DNA of 33,507 nt, from positions 1 through 33,507 of the forward strand of contig CACYDF010000054.1 in the NCBI GenBank assembly GCA_902773085.1, written 5' to 3'. The position numbers were made by a program, and so were the translations under genes. This document shows, one piece after another, positions 33,280-33,507 of this stretch; within the stretch, counting starts at the first letter, position 1; each line of letters begins with the position of its first letter. Below the pieces are notes generated by a model, which saw only the letters and a program-made list of their open reading frames with translations, ran no database searches and was not told the DNA's origin. The DNA is from an uncultured Erysipelotrichaceae bacterium. Lineage in GTDB: Bacteria > Bacillota_I > Bacilli_A > RFN20 > CAG-288.

Positions 33280-33507
33280 TTTATTTATTTGTGAAATGAA
33301 CTTTAGAACCTCGTTTTTGGTATCATTATTGATTTTAAATATACCACAGCACTCTAAAATACTAACAAAAGTCTTACCAACTTCATTTTTTAGTATGTTT
33401 TCTATGTTATTTTTATCTATTTGATACAAGTTAATGAAAGATTCTACCCATTTTTTATGATGAAGTACTCTTTGATCAACAATTTCTCCTTTATTTAATA
33501 AATCTGA
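33277..33507 (-). CDS. 3' end of a CDS truncated by the window edge, function unknown
   Basis: My own translation of the minus strand gives 76 open codons: SDLLNKGEIVDQRVLHHKKWVESFINLYQIDKNNIENILKNEVGKTFVSILECCGIFKINNDTKNEVLKFISQINK, then TGA at 33279-33277. It is absent from the track because it has no start codon in the window. Confidence 0.5.
   Translation of the reverse strand, partial: SDLLNKGEIVDQRVLHHKKWVESFINLYQIDKNNIENILKNEVGKTFVSILECCGIFKINNDTKNEVLKFISQINK

Noticed and set aside
31005-33424. ORFs 31005-31226 (-) and 33194-33424 (+)
   Set aside because: The first is an alternative frame inside the M6-like lipoprotein gene. The second runs antisense across that gene's start and the truncated upstream CDS.

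Overview
Very AT-rich, densely packed bacterial chromosome segment. It reads cleanly with standard stop codons: TGA is a stop and Trp is TGG. By inference, the gene content (three large lipobox lipoproteins, housekeeping genes, no cell-wall genes seen in this window) suggests a code-11 Mollicutes-like or other low-GC Bacillota genome, such as an Acholeplasma-type or gut uncultured lineage. I support 26 CDS. Recognisable ones are eno, clpB (behind a CIRCE operator), a CDP-alcohol phosphatidyltransferase, a CYTH protein, nadK, a DagK-type lipid kinase, plsC, msrA, msrC, cdaA, udk, a YqeY-domain protein, a lone mreB, a CPBP protease, a TraX-family protein and trxA. The rest include three big surface lipoproteins (Big_2 plus S41-like; Flg_new repeats plus LRR; M6/InhA-like HExxH), several membrane proteins, and a 1563-aa membrane protein with no domain I can name. 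I saw no rRNA, tRNA, CRISPR array, transposase or integrase. The most unusual locus is a 1.59-kb ORF-free gap between convergent trxA and the M6-like lipoprotein gene (28814-30405). Every other intergenic gap here is 225 nt or less. This gap holds at least eight copies of a private ~35-nt polypyrimidine-rich, palindrome-cored repeat. One mirrored pair of copies brackets about 0.9 kb, and the gap also contains small hydrophobic ORFs. Its function cannot be read from sequence alone. A second theme is that six genes have a -10 box (TG-extended TGnTAWAAT in five) only 6-9 nt before the start codon and no Shine-Dalgarno, with a seventh at 13 nt, which suggests leaderless mRNAs. Several track start codons (TTG) were moved to downstream ATGs on RBS or promoter evidence.
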